From Camelus dromedarius (taxonomy: Eukaryota): a stretch of DNA of 64,000 nt. Position numbers and translations under genes: made by a program. Shown here one piece after another: positions 38,370 to 51,805 of this stretch; the stretch's first letter is position 1; the number at the start of each line of letters is the position of its first letter. The stretch lies in NCBI RefSeq assembly GCF_036321535.1, contig NC_087436.1:61320001-61384000 (forward strand), given 5' to 3'. The notes under the pieces are model-generated. The model saw only the letters and a program-made list of their open reading frames with translations, was not told where the DNA came from and ran no database searches.

Positions 38370-39190
38370 TCCTTATAACCTACATCTTATTACCAATCAT
38401 CAAATCTGTAAGCTCTGCTTCCAAAATATATCCTGCATTTCACTACTCCTTACCAAATCCATAGTTCAGATGTTTAGTTGAAGACAACATAATTTCTCAC
38501 CTGGAACAATACAGAAGTCTTCCTAATTATTCCCCTTGCTTCTACCCTCCACACCCTCCATTCTGTTTCTTCATTCAGCATCCAGAGAAATGGGCTCAAA
38601 GTATAACTGAGATCATATCACTCGTTGCTTAGAACCCCAAATGGCTTCCCAGTTACATCAAGATGAAATCTTAGGTCCTTTCTAGACCCCAGAGGCCCTA
38701 AGTGATTTGTTCCAGATTTCCTTGCTGATTGCACCTTCTCCTGTCCCCTCCCCGCACCCCCTGGATTTTGGCCACAGTGGCTTTTCTTCCTTGTATCTAA
38801 ACAGGGAAAGTTTATTCCTAGCTCAAGGCCTTTGTTCCCACTGTCTGCCCTGCCTGAATTAATCTTCCCTCAGATCTTCATGTGACTACCTCTCCTTAGG
38901 ACTTACCTTTCAGTTCATTGTCCCCTTATCAGAGAGGTTTTCTTTGACCCTAACCTCCTCCCATCCCCTGCTCAATCTATCTCATTGTACACTTTATTTT
39001 TCAGAGCATTATCCATGTCTGGAATCATCTTGATCACCTACTTACTTATGAATTTATTGTTTGTCTTCTCTCACCAGACCATATGCTTCATGAGAGCAGG
39101 GACGTTGGCTTTCTTGGTTATTGTTGCAGTCCCAGAGCCTAGAACAAAGACTGTCACTTAGTCAGTATTCAATAAATATTTGTTGAACTT
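38370..39190 (+). mobile_element. L2a LINE 3' portion (about 800 bp)
   Basis: TCTGCTTCCAAAATATATCC...GATCATATCACT...AAGGCCTTTG...TCAGAGAGGTTTTCTTTGACC...CATGAGAGCAGGGAC...TCAATAAATATTTGTTGAA. Confidence 0.9.
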
Positions 39191-41274
39191 GAAGAAAACT
39201 ACCAGAAACATATCAGCTTCACTTTCACAGCCACAAAGTATTAAGTCATCAGATATTTATAAATAGCAAGCAAAACACAGCAGTGTCTGAAAGCAAGATG
39301 TTCTGATGAAATGATTAGTCTAAATGAAACAAGGGGATTTATTTTGAATAGTCCAAGAGTAAATGGGATTAAATCATGGCTGGTTGGATTGGGTTGGTCA
39401 GCAAGTAGCAAAATAAACATCAGTCAAATTGGAGGTTGTAGTATGTTGTGTTCTCTTTGATTAAAACAGCAGTATTTTTAAATGACTTGAAGCTTGCAGT
39501 TTGGTTGCAGTGACTCGTCAATTTGAAAAATGTGTTTCTTCAGGGTGGCAGGAAAGTTTTAAGTTCATAATTCATTTGTTGCAAAGTTCATTTGTTAAAG
39601 CCAACCGTATTCTCTTACATTCTTTTATTTTGGGACACTATGCCTTTTTCTTTTCTTTTTATCATACTTTATGCATGTATGTGCATTCATATAAATAAAA
39701 TTATGAAATACAGTTTATGTTAGAAGAAAAAGCATTTTAAATATTTTCATGTGTAGAGTGGAGCATGCTTTCTTACATTTTATTATAATTTGGCTTGCAA
39801 TTTTAAAATGTGCAGAGAATATGAACACAGAGAGCATGTATTTTTCTCTATTTATGACTCCAAAGAAGAATTTTATCAAGTTCATATTTGGAAATATGAC
39901 TAAAACAGATCGGGGAATAAAGCTTGCAGAGATCTCTTGAATTAATTGAATTACTCAGTTTCATACTAACCCAAGGAAACAACAGATCCCCTGTGGTGTA
40001 GAGGGTATAATCTGCACATTCGTCTCTGTATCCTACCCTTCTCACTAAGGTTCTGTTAAACCACCGCAATCATTAAGCTAGTATGCAAACCACCAAATTA
40101 AACAAAGAAGCTATTTGTATAGAAGGGGATGGGAGGCAAGGCAAAACATTTTTTAAAATAAAAAATGACTTTTCCTCAAAGCCCAGGAACAGTAGCAGAA
40201 GGCTTTAAGCACATAAACATAACCAATCTGTCTATTCTAGGGGATAAAGGCTATGTTTCTTAAACATAAAAGAACACAATTTCTAAGTAGCAAGCAAGTT
40301 GGAAACATTTGCATAATGGATTCTATTTACATAAATTACATTGCTTATAGCACTCATTTGAAAAGACTTGGCAAAGGTGGAAGGCAGAAGTTGAAGTGGA
40401 GTGAAAAGAGGGGTGAATGTATAGTTCTAGGACTCCTTTCAGCACTTTTTGACTTTTCCCCATTCTTTTAAGTCTGTGTTTTTTTAGTGGCTAATATGTA
40501 CATTTGCCCCGGATTTTATAACCATGAGTGTCAAGAGGAATTAGATTTGGTCAGTACTGAACTTTCTGTACCCCGTACCCTGTTTTGTTCTCTTTCATGA
40601 GGGTAAAAATGCATTCTCTGTCAACTACTGGAGCCCTGTTAACTCCTCTGCGTTGGGATTTGACAGTCACTGGCTGTGGATTTTCTTGCTGTAACAACCA
40701 AATGAAAATGTCACCAATGAATCTTGCTGCTAAGTGCCAGATTTTCCCTTTCTAATATACACATTTCCCCTCCACCAAATAGAAAATTCTAGGTGTTTTA
40801 CTTAGCTCCAAAGCAAGGAGCTTATTTCCAGTGTATAACGTGATAGCTCACAATCTCTAGTCCTTCCAAGAATGGGTAAATATTGGGGGTGTTTGGTTGA
40901 ACTTTAGGTACATCTTTATCAGAATCTCTAGCTCAAGAAAGATATTCTGGCCTCATAGACATCTGGATGTAGAGAATGTATCAGTCAAAGAGGGCTATTC
41001 CCTAAGAATTTTTTTTTTTGCTTTCTATCTCAGATCTCCAGAACCAGTGATGCTTCAGCTGAAGGAAGGATGGGAATAATAGACGGAGCTAGCCATTCAC
41101 ATTTTGCTATGTCCTCCTAATTCAAGGTCTTTGATCTGATGAGAATTGGGCATAACAGAACTTACTTATTTCTCAAGTTCAAGACTCCAGAATTTCATAA
41201 GCATTGACTTACAGTAATTCATCTACAAGTGAGATTGGTCTTTGCAAATGTGGAAACCTTTGGCTGTGCGTATG

Positions 41275-41609
41275 GGATTAACTAGGAATGTATTTGGCTG
41301 CACGTATCAGCATACCCAACTGAAGGTGGCTTAAACAAATGAGTGTATGTGTATGTGTGTGTTTTTTTTTGTTTTTTTTTTTTTTACCATAACAAAAACT
41401 CCAGAATTATAGTTTCTGGCTTTGGTTCAGCTGCTCAGTGATGTCACAAGGTACCCAAGTCTTCTTTTTCTGTCTTTCCACTGTAATATCACTAGTGTAC
41501 TGGCTTTCATCTTTGTGCTTGTTGCTTCATGATTGCAAGATGGTTGCCATAACTTTATACAAGGAAACTCATTTGATTCACGAAGAAGAGGGAATGAGGA
41601 ATAATGGCT
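41275..41609 (-). mobile_element. MLT1 (ERVL-MaLR) LTR fragment, interrupted by a younger LTR
   Basis: TTTGGCTGCA...GTGGCTTAAACAAATGAG...CAGCTGCTCAGTGATGTCA...CATGATTGCAAGATGGTTGCC. Confidence 0.7.
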
Positions 41610-41614
41610 GGTGG

Positions 41615-42195
41615 TGTTGCGGAAAAATGTATTACAGTTCGGTTTTACAGCTCAGTGTTACAGCAACCTGGATCCGGGTGAGAGACAAAGCAGCACTCGG
41701 AGAGTTGGAGAACTCAGGTTTATTACACCAGCGGGCCCAGAGGAGTCAACACTTCAAGCTCTGGACCCTGTCTGTAGGTTTACACAGGCCTTTGATAGGC
41801 TGCCAGTTTTACACTTTGCAACATCATATGCAAATAAAGTACAACAGACGTTGACCAACCAGGAACAAGCTCTGCAGAAACAGACCAATCAGGAGTGAGA
41901 GAAATAACCAATCAGGAGTGAGCTCCATGCAAATGAAGTATTACAAATGGACCAATCAGAAGTTAGGGAAGTGGACCAATCAGAAAATATACCAAGTGAG
42001 CCAAGCTGCAAGGTCAGCTATAATTACCAAGGAATTATAATACTGTAGGTAGGTAAATATTATTCTACATCCAAAGTCAGCAGCTGAGATTCTTTTGAGT
42101 ATTTTAGGGCCAGTACTAACTTTTCTCTGCCACTAATTCCTACCTGCCTCTTAGAACAATGTGCAGGACTCCATTCTCCCTCTGTTTACTTCTCG
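41615..42195 (-). mobile_element. ERV solo LTR (about 580 bp) with a CCAAT/octamer array
   Basis: Left end TGTTGCGG; TTTATT near 41718 (minus-strand AATAAA); right end TTCTCG (probably TTCTCA mutated). Flanks are GGTGG (41610-41614) and GGAGG (42196-42200). Confidence 0.8.
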
Positions 42196-43301
42196 GGAGG
42201 ATGATGAGTTTCTTTCTCCAGAAAACTGAAGTGTGATTCTAAATACACTTTAACTGAAGGGTTATTGGACACAGTTTTGATTAGAAAAAAGGAGATACTG
42301 CTTTCAGTATTGCAACAAGTTTTGCTGTCACAATTTTAGAGTCAGTGAAAATATGGGAGGAGAAATGTTTTGCCAATTTGTAAACTGCTTTCAAGTTATT
42401 GACTTACCAACACAATTCCCCATCATTTCTCCTGCTTTGCCCAGACTACATATTCAAAACATTAGAGTAGAAACTCTTGAAAACATTTATTTTCTTACCA
42501 TGAAGAATATGCACGTGAGGAGGCCCCTCATCTGAAGTTTCACTCAAGTCATGGGGCAAACCTCATGGGATACTGCACAATTTCCAGCAATGCCTTCCCA
42601 ACCAGTGCTGGAAAGACAAAATAATGCATCTTGTAGTGAAAAGACAAATACTTTTTGCTCTTCCTTGGCATCAAGCAGGCAACTGCCAGGTAAAGTTAGC
42701 TGGCAGTATTCCCAGAGACAGGGCTTGGGCCGCAGGTTGGGTTGAGAAGCTGTTGCCATCTCATTATTTCATTGTCGTGCCGTTGCCAGGCATACTAGCT
42801 GACGTGCAGAATCAGAGTAAAAATTACTACTGTCAGAGAAGTGATACTAATGGCAGTGGCTCTGTTCAGTCCTTCGGTGTTTTCCAGCCAGGGACAATCA
42901 CCTCAATTTAGTGGACCTGCTTCCAGCTGCATTAACCCCCTAGGAAGGTGGCTGGAGTATGCTTTCTGAACTGAAGATGCTGGATGATTTGTTTTAATAA
43001 TGGTTTGAGGGCCAGATGAATTAGTCACTGTCACTTGAGGGAGGAGGAGGAAGGGGTATTCAAAAGCATTCTCATATCATGCCAGCAGGAAGAAAGCAAA
43101 ATAAAGCTTAAAGCTAAGGAAACAAATACTCTTTTAGCCCTTTTAAAAGAGAAAACACAGGAAACATACACCTTGGGGAACTCTAATGCAGAAAGCACCA
43201 AAGAAGTGAAAAATTCATTCATCATGGTGTTTATCAATAGGGAGTCAGTATTTGGGCAATTGGTGCTTCTGTTTATTAGTCTCAGCACCCCCTCCCCATT
43301 C

Positions 43302-43455
43302 TTTTTTTTTTTTTTTTTAAACATTTTGTTCAAGATTTTTAATTTTAAATTTTAATTAAAAAAGTTTTTTTTTTTTTTTTGTGGAGATACTGGGGATTGA
43401 ACCCAGGATCTTCTGCATGCTAAGCATGCAGTCTACTAAGCTATACTCACCCCTC
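43302..43455 (-). mobile_element. tRNA-Ala-derived SINE (camelid type)
   Basis: TGGAGATACTGGGGATTGAACCCAGGATCTTCTGCATGCTAAGCATGCAGTCTACTAAGCTATACTCACCCC preceded by a T-rich tail; same family as 16661-16835. Confidence 0.9.
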
Positions 43456-44148
43456 CACAACTTCCCCCCTATTTCTCTCTCCTTTTCAATAGTTTTTATT
43501 AGGAATGCTGATTGTTTGGGAACATCTAAAATTTCTTAGTGATTGTAGTGGCCAGATGAACAGAGAAGAGCCAACAGTAGGCAGTGACTTGTATCTCTGC
43601 AGGTTGGTTCTAGTGCTGCAGTGAGGTTTGTTGTATCCTCCAATGTTATCTCACATAATAAAATTACCAACAGACATGAATACATAGTTTTGTCTTGGTT
43701 TCTGAGTCTGCTGTACTTGAGTGCCATTGTATCATAGACATTAAAAGAGTTTGATTATACTCTGAGCAGTTTTTTTCCATCATGTATATGCATTATATAT
43801 GTTTTAATTGTGCATAATTTATCTTGTTAAAAAAACTCAAATTTAAAATGTCTGCATATACAGGATCACAGGATAAAGAGTGAATAAAAATGAAATCAGA
43901 ATGAAGGGAAAGTAAAGATAGAAAAATAAGTTAAAGCCCTGGAAAAAGAGTATATATCATCAATGATCTGAAATCTAAATTATTCACTTGAGGTGGGCTG
44001 AAAATTTGACTCTAGCTTTTTAGCAGCTGAAGAAAAGAAACTTGATATGATTCTCAGTTCTGTATAATGGAAACAAAGCAGTTGCTCAAAGGAAGCAAAA
44101 ACTCTGTCCTACTATGAAATCTGAAATAATTATTTCCTACTCCAATAG

Positions 44149-44405
44149 TGTAGGGAAAATGGAGTCTCTCAGGCTCTCTTGTAGGACATCTGGTGCCCAG
44201 TGACTCAGCTGTGCTATCCCGCATGCACAGTACCCATGTAGTGTTATATAAGCATGACTTGCACCACGCAAGCGCACTGGTTAGCTCCTATCATAGTTGG
44301 CTGGATGCCGGCTTTGTTTGCCTTGATACATAAGGCCGACGAGACTTTCCGCCGCAGGCGCCATTGAATCCATGAACCTGCCAGGCCTTGAGCGCTTACA
44401 ATACA
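44149..44405 (+). mobile_element. Short young solo LTR (257 bp)
   Basis: TGTA...TACA inverted termini; perfect AATAG TSD (44144-44148 and 44406-44410); TATATAA at 44245-44251; 10 CpGs. Confidence 0.85.
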
Positions 44406-46265
44406 AATAGGTTTCCTTTCATAGGTATAGGCATTCTGTGTTAAAAAAATGTGTTACTTATGTATAAACTGCTGAAGGGTGTTGGTAGCTAGTGCTACAA
44501 ACAAACAATTTTTAAAAACCTAGTTTTTAAAATCCCTTTCTTTGAAATGTTGAATTGTCATCAGCTGGGTACTTGGGGCTCTGAACAATGTTTTTAAGAG
44601 ATTAGATGACATAAAAAGTCTGGATATTTTTATTTTAATAGAATCGGGATGATTCAGGGAGCTGAAATGAGTCACTGAAAAATGTTAAGTGAGAACACGC
44701 TTTTGAGACCCAAAGAGAATTACGTAACCTGAATGTCCCTTCCTCTCTAAAAGGTGTTCAGATGACCTCCGAAGAGTTGCCCTGGGCTGTGTTGTGGTCA
44801 TTTAGTCACCAGCCAGAGTCTAGGCCCAGGGGGCATGTGCTCCAGGGTGGATGGCCATGGTTTGTGGACAGGAGGTTGGCTGATAACAGTCGCTGCAATA
44901 GGCCTCTCTGCACCTAGAGTCCAGCCACATCTACAGCATTCCACCTGGAAAGGGCACTGCATAATGGCATCACTGGGAATGCCTCCCAGCACGCAAGTGC
45001 ACTGCCAGTGACTGTTGCTCTTTGGTGATTATACCTTTTCTCTTGCCTGGAGCGACAGAATGATCTTTTAATGTTTTCAAATGTAAAATGTTTGGGCTAA
45101 GTGTTTGGATTTCCTCCCATGTTGAGCATCACCCATTCTAACAGATAAGCAGAACTTATTGCTAAATAACTTAAGACTTGAATGTATTAATGCCTTTAAA
45201 AAGCTCTTAACTTTAATTATTTGAAATAATGTGACATGGAGAGACCTATAAAATGTGCAGAGTTTAAGAGAGAGGACAAGTCAAATGGTGAAATCAGATC
45301 TATATCTATATATATCTAAAATGTCAACTCAAAGCAAGCAAGCTTTACAGACATTTAGGTGTAGCAAGGTCAAAAAATAAAATATGAGAAGCACTTTTCA
45401 GTCAAGACTATTAGACATTATGCAATCAGTCAGCAAATAAAATAATCAAATTAAAAAACTATTACAGAAGTCACATACTCTAACTCCATATCCTGTGGTA
45501 AAGGCAAATATTTCAGGCACAATCTAAGGAAAAAAAAAAAGTATTAGGAGATCAATACCCCACTGATGTGCTACATTATCTCTTTTACTGCTGACAGAAT
45601 AAACAAACAAACCTGTGTGGGTCTTTGGAGACAACTTGGCCACCCTTACAGGTAGAATATTTCTTTCTGGATACAAAGGTAATCACGCATGCCTTGTAAA
45701 CATTGTAAGAGATGTGTGAAGCCTGGTATTGAGGAAAAGAGATAAAATGGCAAAATGATGAAATGGAACCAGCTATTACAAAATGTCCATTTCTGGCTCA
45801 GATGCATTCTTCTCCCCATTTCATTTCCAAAATTGTCCCCTTTTGTCCCATTTTCTCTTGATTTCATGCAGCAGAGTTAGAGATCAATAGATATTGCTTT
45901 ATAGAACATTCCTTTGTTGTGTGAGTATAAAGCAAGAGGAATAAGGGAATTGGACCAATTGAGAGGTCAAGCTAGGTCAGTGTTGGATACGGCAGGGTGA
46001 TTTGGCTCTTTAAAATGTGTTATTCAAGGGGAGTTTTCCAGGTTAATTACTGGGACATTATATGAAACATAATTTTGAGGGGAGGATTTTATTATATTAT
46101 GCCTGTGATAATACTGTAAAATGGATCAAGTAACTACAAGTAACTATTTATTATTTGGTGAATTATTGAAGCTTAGGGATCAAATATTTTTGGATGACAA
46201 TGTTTATCAAAAGATGTTCAGATTTTATGAAGGAAGGCAGAACACTGATGATTGATATAAAACAC

Positions 46266-46367
46266 TTTCCTTCCTCCTTCCTTTCTCCCTTTCTTTCTTC
46301 TTTCCTTCCTTCCTTCCTTTCTTCCTTCCTTCCTTCCTTCCTCTCTCTCTCCTTCCTTCCTTCCTTC
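46266..46367. repeat. Polypyrimidine (TTCC)n-rich simple repeat
   Basis: About 100 bp of C/T only, read directly. Confidence 0.95.
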
Positions 46368-49300
46368 TAATATGGAAATAAAGCTTTCCGTATGTATGTT
46401 GATTGTGAACTTTGAGTTTCAAGGAAAAGAATCACTCAGGGAATTTCTAAGAATGAGAAGAAAGGAGTAGTTATTATAGGACCCAGTGGAAATAAGTCTG
46501 GCAGCAGTCCTAGACAGCAGTACGGCCCTACAGGGTCCCAGGAAATCATCACAATCAATCCTCACAGGAAAAACAAGAACACAGAGGCCCAGAAAGCTTG
46601 GAGACTAAGAGATCCCTTGGAAGTTGAACTATTGCCTGAGAATATTAAAAAAAAAAAAGAAACAAAAAAAAAAACCAATGAATAACCAACTCTGAAACCA
46701 GCCTGTTAACTTCTGATAGGTTGTTTTTACATTTGAGTTCTTTCTTATCACAGTTTGTAATCAGAGTAAGGTAAGGCTAAGCCTTTAATATTCTGAGGGC
46801 TGAAGTTTGTGCATTATCTAAGCTATCAGATAACATGTACAAGTTTAGTTACTTAAGAACAGACAGGCACATTCATTCAGCAACAGATCTTTACATGCAT
46901 TTACTATGTGTCAGACAAGTGTCTTGGATTCTGGGTATATTGTCTGTGCACTGTGGGTGGAGGACCTTGGGCACAGCTAAACAAATTGTGAAAAGTAACT
47001 TAATACGTGACTTTGGTTATCTCTTGCTATGGCCATTTTCTGGGGCTTAATTCCTTATCTGCTTATTTGGAAAGTGAAATTACTCAAAGGCAAGTTTCTT
47101 TAGTTTCCACACTTGGTTTTTCTTCCATTCTCAATGTATGATTGTTTGTCAGGCATTGCTGTTGGGTCTTGACACAGGCACTGTGGATGGCTTCTCTGCT
47201 TCCAGGCATCGTGTTGTGTCTTTTTATTTTTCACTGATACTGCTTAAAATGTAGTCATCCTCATAATAGATTTTCTCCTTTTTCTGACCCTTAAAGAAAA
47301 CTCTGATACAATTTGCTGAACTCTGATCCCATTAGCTTAAAATTTTAATTATAAATGTCAAGGTGTTATATTTGCCACTTTTCTCAATCTTAGAAATAGA
47401 TGAGGTCGGCTTCATTCTCTGGCACCAAAGTACATGTTAGTCAAAGCAGTATAAAGTTTGGTTTTTAAACCACTTCCGGTAGACAACTGGTTTAACTTGA
47501 GTGTTCATTAAATTGATGGTCATATACTTGGTCAAAAGTATTTCTGAATAGTTCAAAGTTCAGTGCTGGATGAGATGGAAACCAAGATAACTAGGGCTTT
47601 CTGTGTGTCTCAGACACTATGCCAGGCACCGGAGAAGTAAGATTAATTTTATCACAATTCTAAAGAAGTAAGTTCTCAAAGAGCATTGGATATATTTTTG
47701 ATATCAAATAGTTTTAAGGGCTAATAAGTGGCCAAAAGTTTGCCTTTTGAGATTTATTGTGTTATTAAAAGCTTTCCCAGATGAACTAAGAGAATTTGTT
47801 GGAAATGGGCTGTGGAATAAACATAAGGGCTTGATGAAAGAAAGAGAGATCTAAGGGTGGGTCAAATGATGAAGACTGTATATTTCTCTTGTGAGAATCA
47901 TTCCTTCCTACCAGACGCTGATATTTAAAACAAAAATAAGACTATTGGAACAAACATTTGAAGCTCCTGTAATTTGTAGAAATCCCACATTTACATAACG
48001 CTTCCTCAATTGGAAGCTAATAAGAAAAAAAAAAGCTAGGTAACTGAATTATCTTTACAGGTTAATAAGACTGCCAGAAAGCAACTGAGAAAGTACTTTC
48101 AAGAGGGGAATTATTTAACATAATGACATTTCTTTTCATGCAAACCAAATTAATTTCTGGAAGTACATTAGAATACACTCACCCCCTCACCCTTTTACAG
48201 GTTTTCAAGCTAGATTGTGTTAGATCTAGAAAAATACTAAATAGGCCCCCTGCCTATCTTCAGGAGCCTTTAAAATGAAAATGTGTGTGAATGAGAGTAG
48301 AAAGAGCGATGACACAAACCAAGAGAGCAAGAAAGTCGATCCATATCAAAGAGCAAGCATAAGGTCTGCACTGTCAGTAATTAGCATTCATACTGGGAAA
48401 GAAATTACATATTAATATACTGTGTGTTCTTTTATTAGGCGGCTCATTTTTTAACAGTGACATGCCTGTGGACAGAAATGTAATTCTTCAGAGAGATTTA
48501 AAAGGTTGAGACTGCATGCAATTCACCATATTAATCATGTGTTAGATCAAATAAACACCCATTGTGGGCTTTTTGTATTCACCAAAAGTTCAGTAGCAGC
48601 AATATGATCTGTCCCAAAATTGTGAAAAAATAAAATCTGAACTGAAAAATCATGGGAGAAATGAAGGATCTGGAGAATCAAGGCATGTTTCTTATTTATT
48701 TCCAAAATCCATCTTCTCTTTCTATCATTGAGGTAAAACTTCAGACTAATCTTAGAGTCACTATCTGGCTGATAAGAGTGGTTTATTGTTATTAACTAGT
48801 AGGAGATAGGATAAACCAAAATGTATAGCAATAGTAGGAAATAATTGTAAGGATTTGCTGCTATTTAATCAGTGTTTGAAAGCCATTTTTATGCCAGTTC
48901 AATTCTTGCTTCTGTGTGTTGTATAATGCCTGGCAGTAGGAGAGAGGGAGAAAGCTTTTGTTTCTGATTATAGCACATTCCAGTAGAAGCTTTTGGTGCA
49001 CTAAGAGTGTATAAGGCTAATCATTTTTAAATGCTGTGATGCATTTTCAGAGAATTAGAATGTATAAGGGCAAAGGACTCGTTATAGTTTATCCTTTAAA
49101 AGATAACAACACTGGAAATAGATTTTAAAGCACTGTTCATGAATCCACGTTGTGGTATTGTTTAAAATAACATGATGTGAAGCATGAATTGCATTCATAC
49201 ATGAAAATGAAATCTGAATGCATTCTGCTAATGGAAGGCAAAAGTCAATTGTCATTTAGGTCACCATGTGACGGTAAGAAATCATTTTAATGAAGCTAGC

Positions 49301-50539
49301 CCTGTTCAAAACAGTTTGGATCTCAGCATATAAAAGAATATGAGTTCCTAAACAGGATTTCACTGGAGGCAAATACTATCAAGCAAGCAACTCAAGTGTA
49401 CAGTAAAAGCTCCCACTAGCAAAAGGTTGAATAAGCTTGAATCAACAAAATAGATGGTTTTAAGTATTTTATTCTCCACATTTTTGATGACTTTTAAAGT
49501 AGTACCCAGCTGCCTGCACTGTGTGAACTTTAGGGGCAGGATTATGCTCATTGCAGCCCTTACTATAGTTAAATATTATGCCTCATTTAATTAAAATTAT
49601 GCCCCAAGATGAACAATAGAGAACACAGAATCTTCACTAGAGAAAACAAAGGCTGAAGTATATTAATTATGTCATTAGTCATTGTTTCTCCTCCCCCTCT
49701 TCTCCTTCTTTCCCCAATCAGAATTCCTTCATGAATTTCCAATTCTACTTTTCCTCTCTCCTCCTTCAAAACTGGCAACCAGAGTATTAAAATGAAATCC
49801 TCAGCAAGCCTTCCAGTTAAAGGTGCTCTTTGTGGAAGATTTAATGGTAATAGGGACTGCAGGTTCCTACATTTACAATCTTTTTCAAAAGACAGCAAAT
49901 TTTGGCAAGAAGCTAAGAAAGTACAGTCCTTAGTTTAATCTGCATTTATTCAAGGCCATGCTGTATGCCCTTGGGCAATCAAAGAGTTTCGGAATGTGTG
50001 CCAAGTGTCATGTCATTGAATTTGCCGCTGCCATCGTCTTCTCTCACCCAGGAAGGCTGTGGGGAAAGATGATGTCTCCAGGGAAATCAAGTCAAGTTTA
50101 TTCAGCGTTCAGCCTCAGACTATTGGTTAAGAAGACAATAGGACTTCTGGATCCAAAGACTCTTCATTTCTCTTCTCTCCCCTCTCTCCCTTTAGTAGAG
50201 AGAGGCAATTGCATCAGCATGGTCAGATTTATTAACACGTGAAAATAAAGAGGAAGAAAATATGTCCAAAATAAGCCTGTGTAACAAAACTTCGCAGTTC
50301 TTTCTTATTACATACATTATGTAGATATGTGTATTTTTGTTTAGGAATAGAGAAGAAAAAAACTTAATCCAAACTATGGAACAATGTAATATGTAAGCAA
50401 AGTATTTGGGCATTGCTGGGAATCCTGCTCCTGGTGCTTCTGTGGCATTTTAAAGTTAAAAATATTGCCATTAGTAGACAAGTAAGAGAATTATTAGGAA
50501 GAGATAATTGGCAGATAGTATAATGGAGTGATTCAGATA

Positions 50540-50715
50540 CTGTGTAGTGATTTGGTGTTAAGAAGAGATGTCTGTCCTTGGCAAATTAATTCCTTTAAGT
50601 CTCAATTTCCTCATCTGTAAAATGGAGTTAGTAAAGTTAATGGCTTTTAATTGGTGGGAGTGAAATTATGTATCTAAGGAGGTTAGAATGTTGTCTGGAA
50701 CAAATTAAATTCTGG
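50540..50715 (+). mobile_element. MIR SINE
   Basis: CCTTGGCAAATTAATT...GTCTCAATTTCCTCATCTGTAAAATGGAG. Confidence 0.75.
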
Positions 50716-51439
50716 TTATTAGTAGTGTAATGCTAAAAATACTGCAATAAAAATCTAAATGATTACATTTTAACTTTCATCTAAGTGTTTTGTTGGAGTT
50801 ATCCACCATTTTGCAATGAAATCTTTACAGTTCTTTCTTCTGTCTGTCTATCTTTATCTACAGAAGAGTTTTTCCTGTTGCTCAGGAATTTGCATTAGTA
50901 TTCATAGATGAAAATTACAGGTATTAAATATTCCACATTGGAAAAAAAATCCACCACATTTGGGGCAAGATTTATGTCTACAGGGCCTTTTGCTCAGGGC
51001 TAGAATTACTGTGAGCTACCATCCAATCACCTCATTCTCAGCTCACATGAAAAGATTTAGGAGGGGAAAAAGAAGCTTCATGATTAGCCTTGGAATGGTG
51101 TTTGCACTGTGAGAACATGATGGGGTGCTTACCTTTGTCCAAAGCCAAGTGAAGGGAGTCTTCAGGAGAATCACTTGCAGAGTCTGAGGATACTTACATT
51201 AAGGGACTTGGCAAAGTTCTCATAGGCCCTTTGAGGAGGACTGCATTCCCCAAATTTGGTGGTGCAAAGATACTCTAGTTTCTCATGTATTAAGTAAGTG
51301 ACAAGGGAGATAGCTGAGCTTGAACCACTTGTACTATATTTGAGGGAGCCCAGCAGCAAGTGAGGGTGGGGTGTATCATGAATGGATGTTGAGATCGAGT
51401 GGGAGAGATTGAGCTGGACCCTGGTCTCTCACACTAGGT

Positions 51440-51805
51440 TTGATTCTTTGGAGAATGTATATATGTGTCCCACAGGTGAGCCAGCATCTGGATGCCTACC
51501 ATGTGTAGGTCTAGACTAAGGGGAGTTGTGACAACAAGAAAAGAATTGTAACTACAGGGAATTAAGTAAGGGAGCTGTTGCGTTTTACAGTCATCCTTTC
51601 TCTTTGCTCCCAGCCATGTGTTGAGATTAGACCTAGGAGAGGAAGAAAGAATTTTAGAAGTTGTGTTTCCATCTGTCTTCTGAGGCGTGGTAGAGTTACA
51701 GAAGTGAAAGAGCAGACATTTCCCTCCCCATTTTAGGTGCCTTGCATCAGGTATCTGACCTGCATGAGGGGATGGCTTGAGTTGGAAGTTTTTAACTGGA
51801 TTGTT
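51440..51805 (+). mobile_element. Possible ancient Gypsy-type LTR relic
   Basis: GAGGGGATGGCTTGAGTTGGAAGTTTTTAACTGGATTG resembles MamGypLTR-type sequence; weak match. Confidence 0.35.

Noticed and set aside
41850..41990. CRISPR-like repeat-spacer array
   Set aside because: The repeats are only about 9-16 bp, irregularly spaced, lie within a mammalian LTR and have no cas genes nearby. They are CCAAT enhancer repeats.
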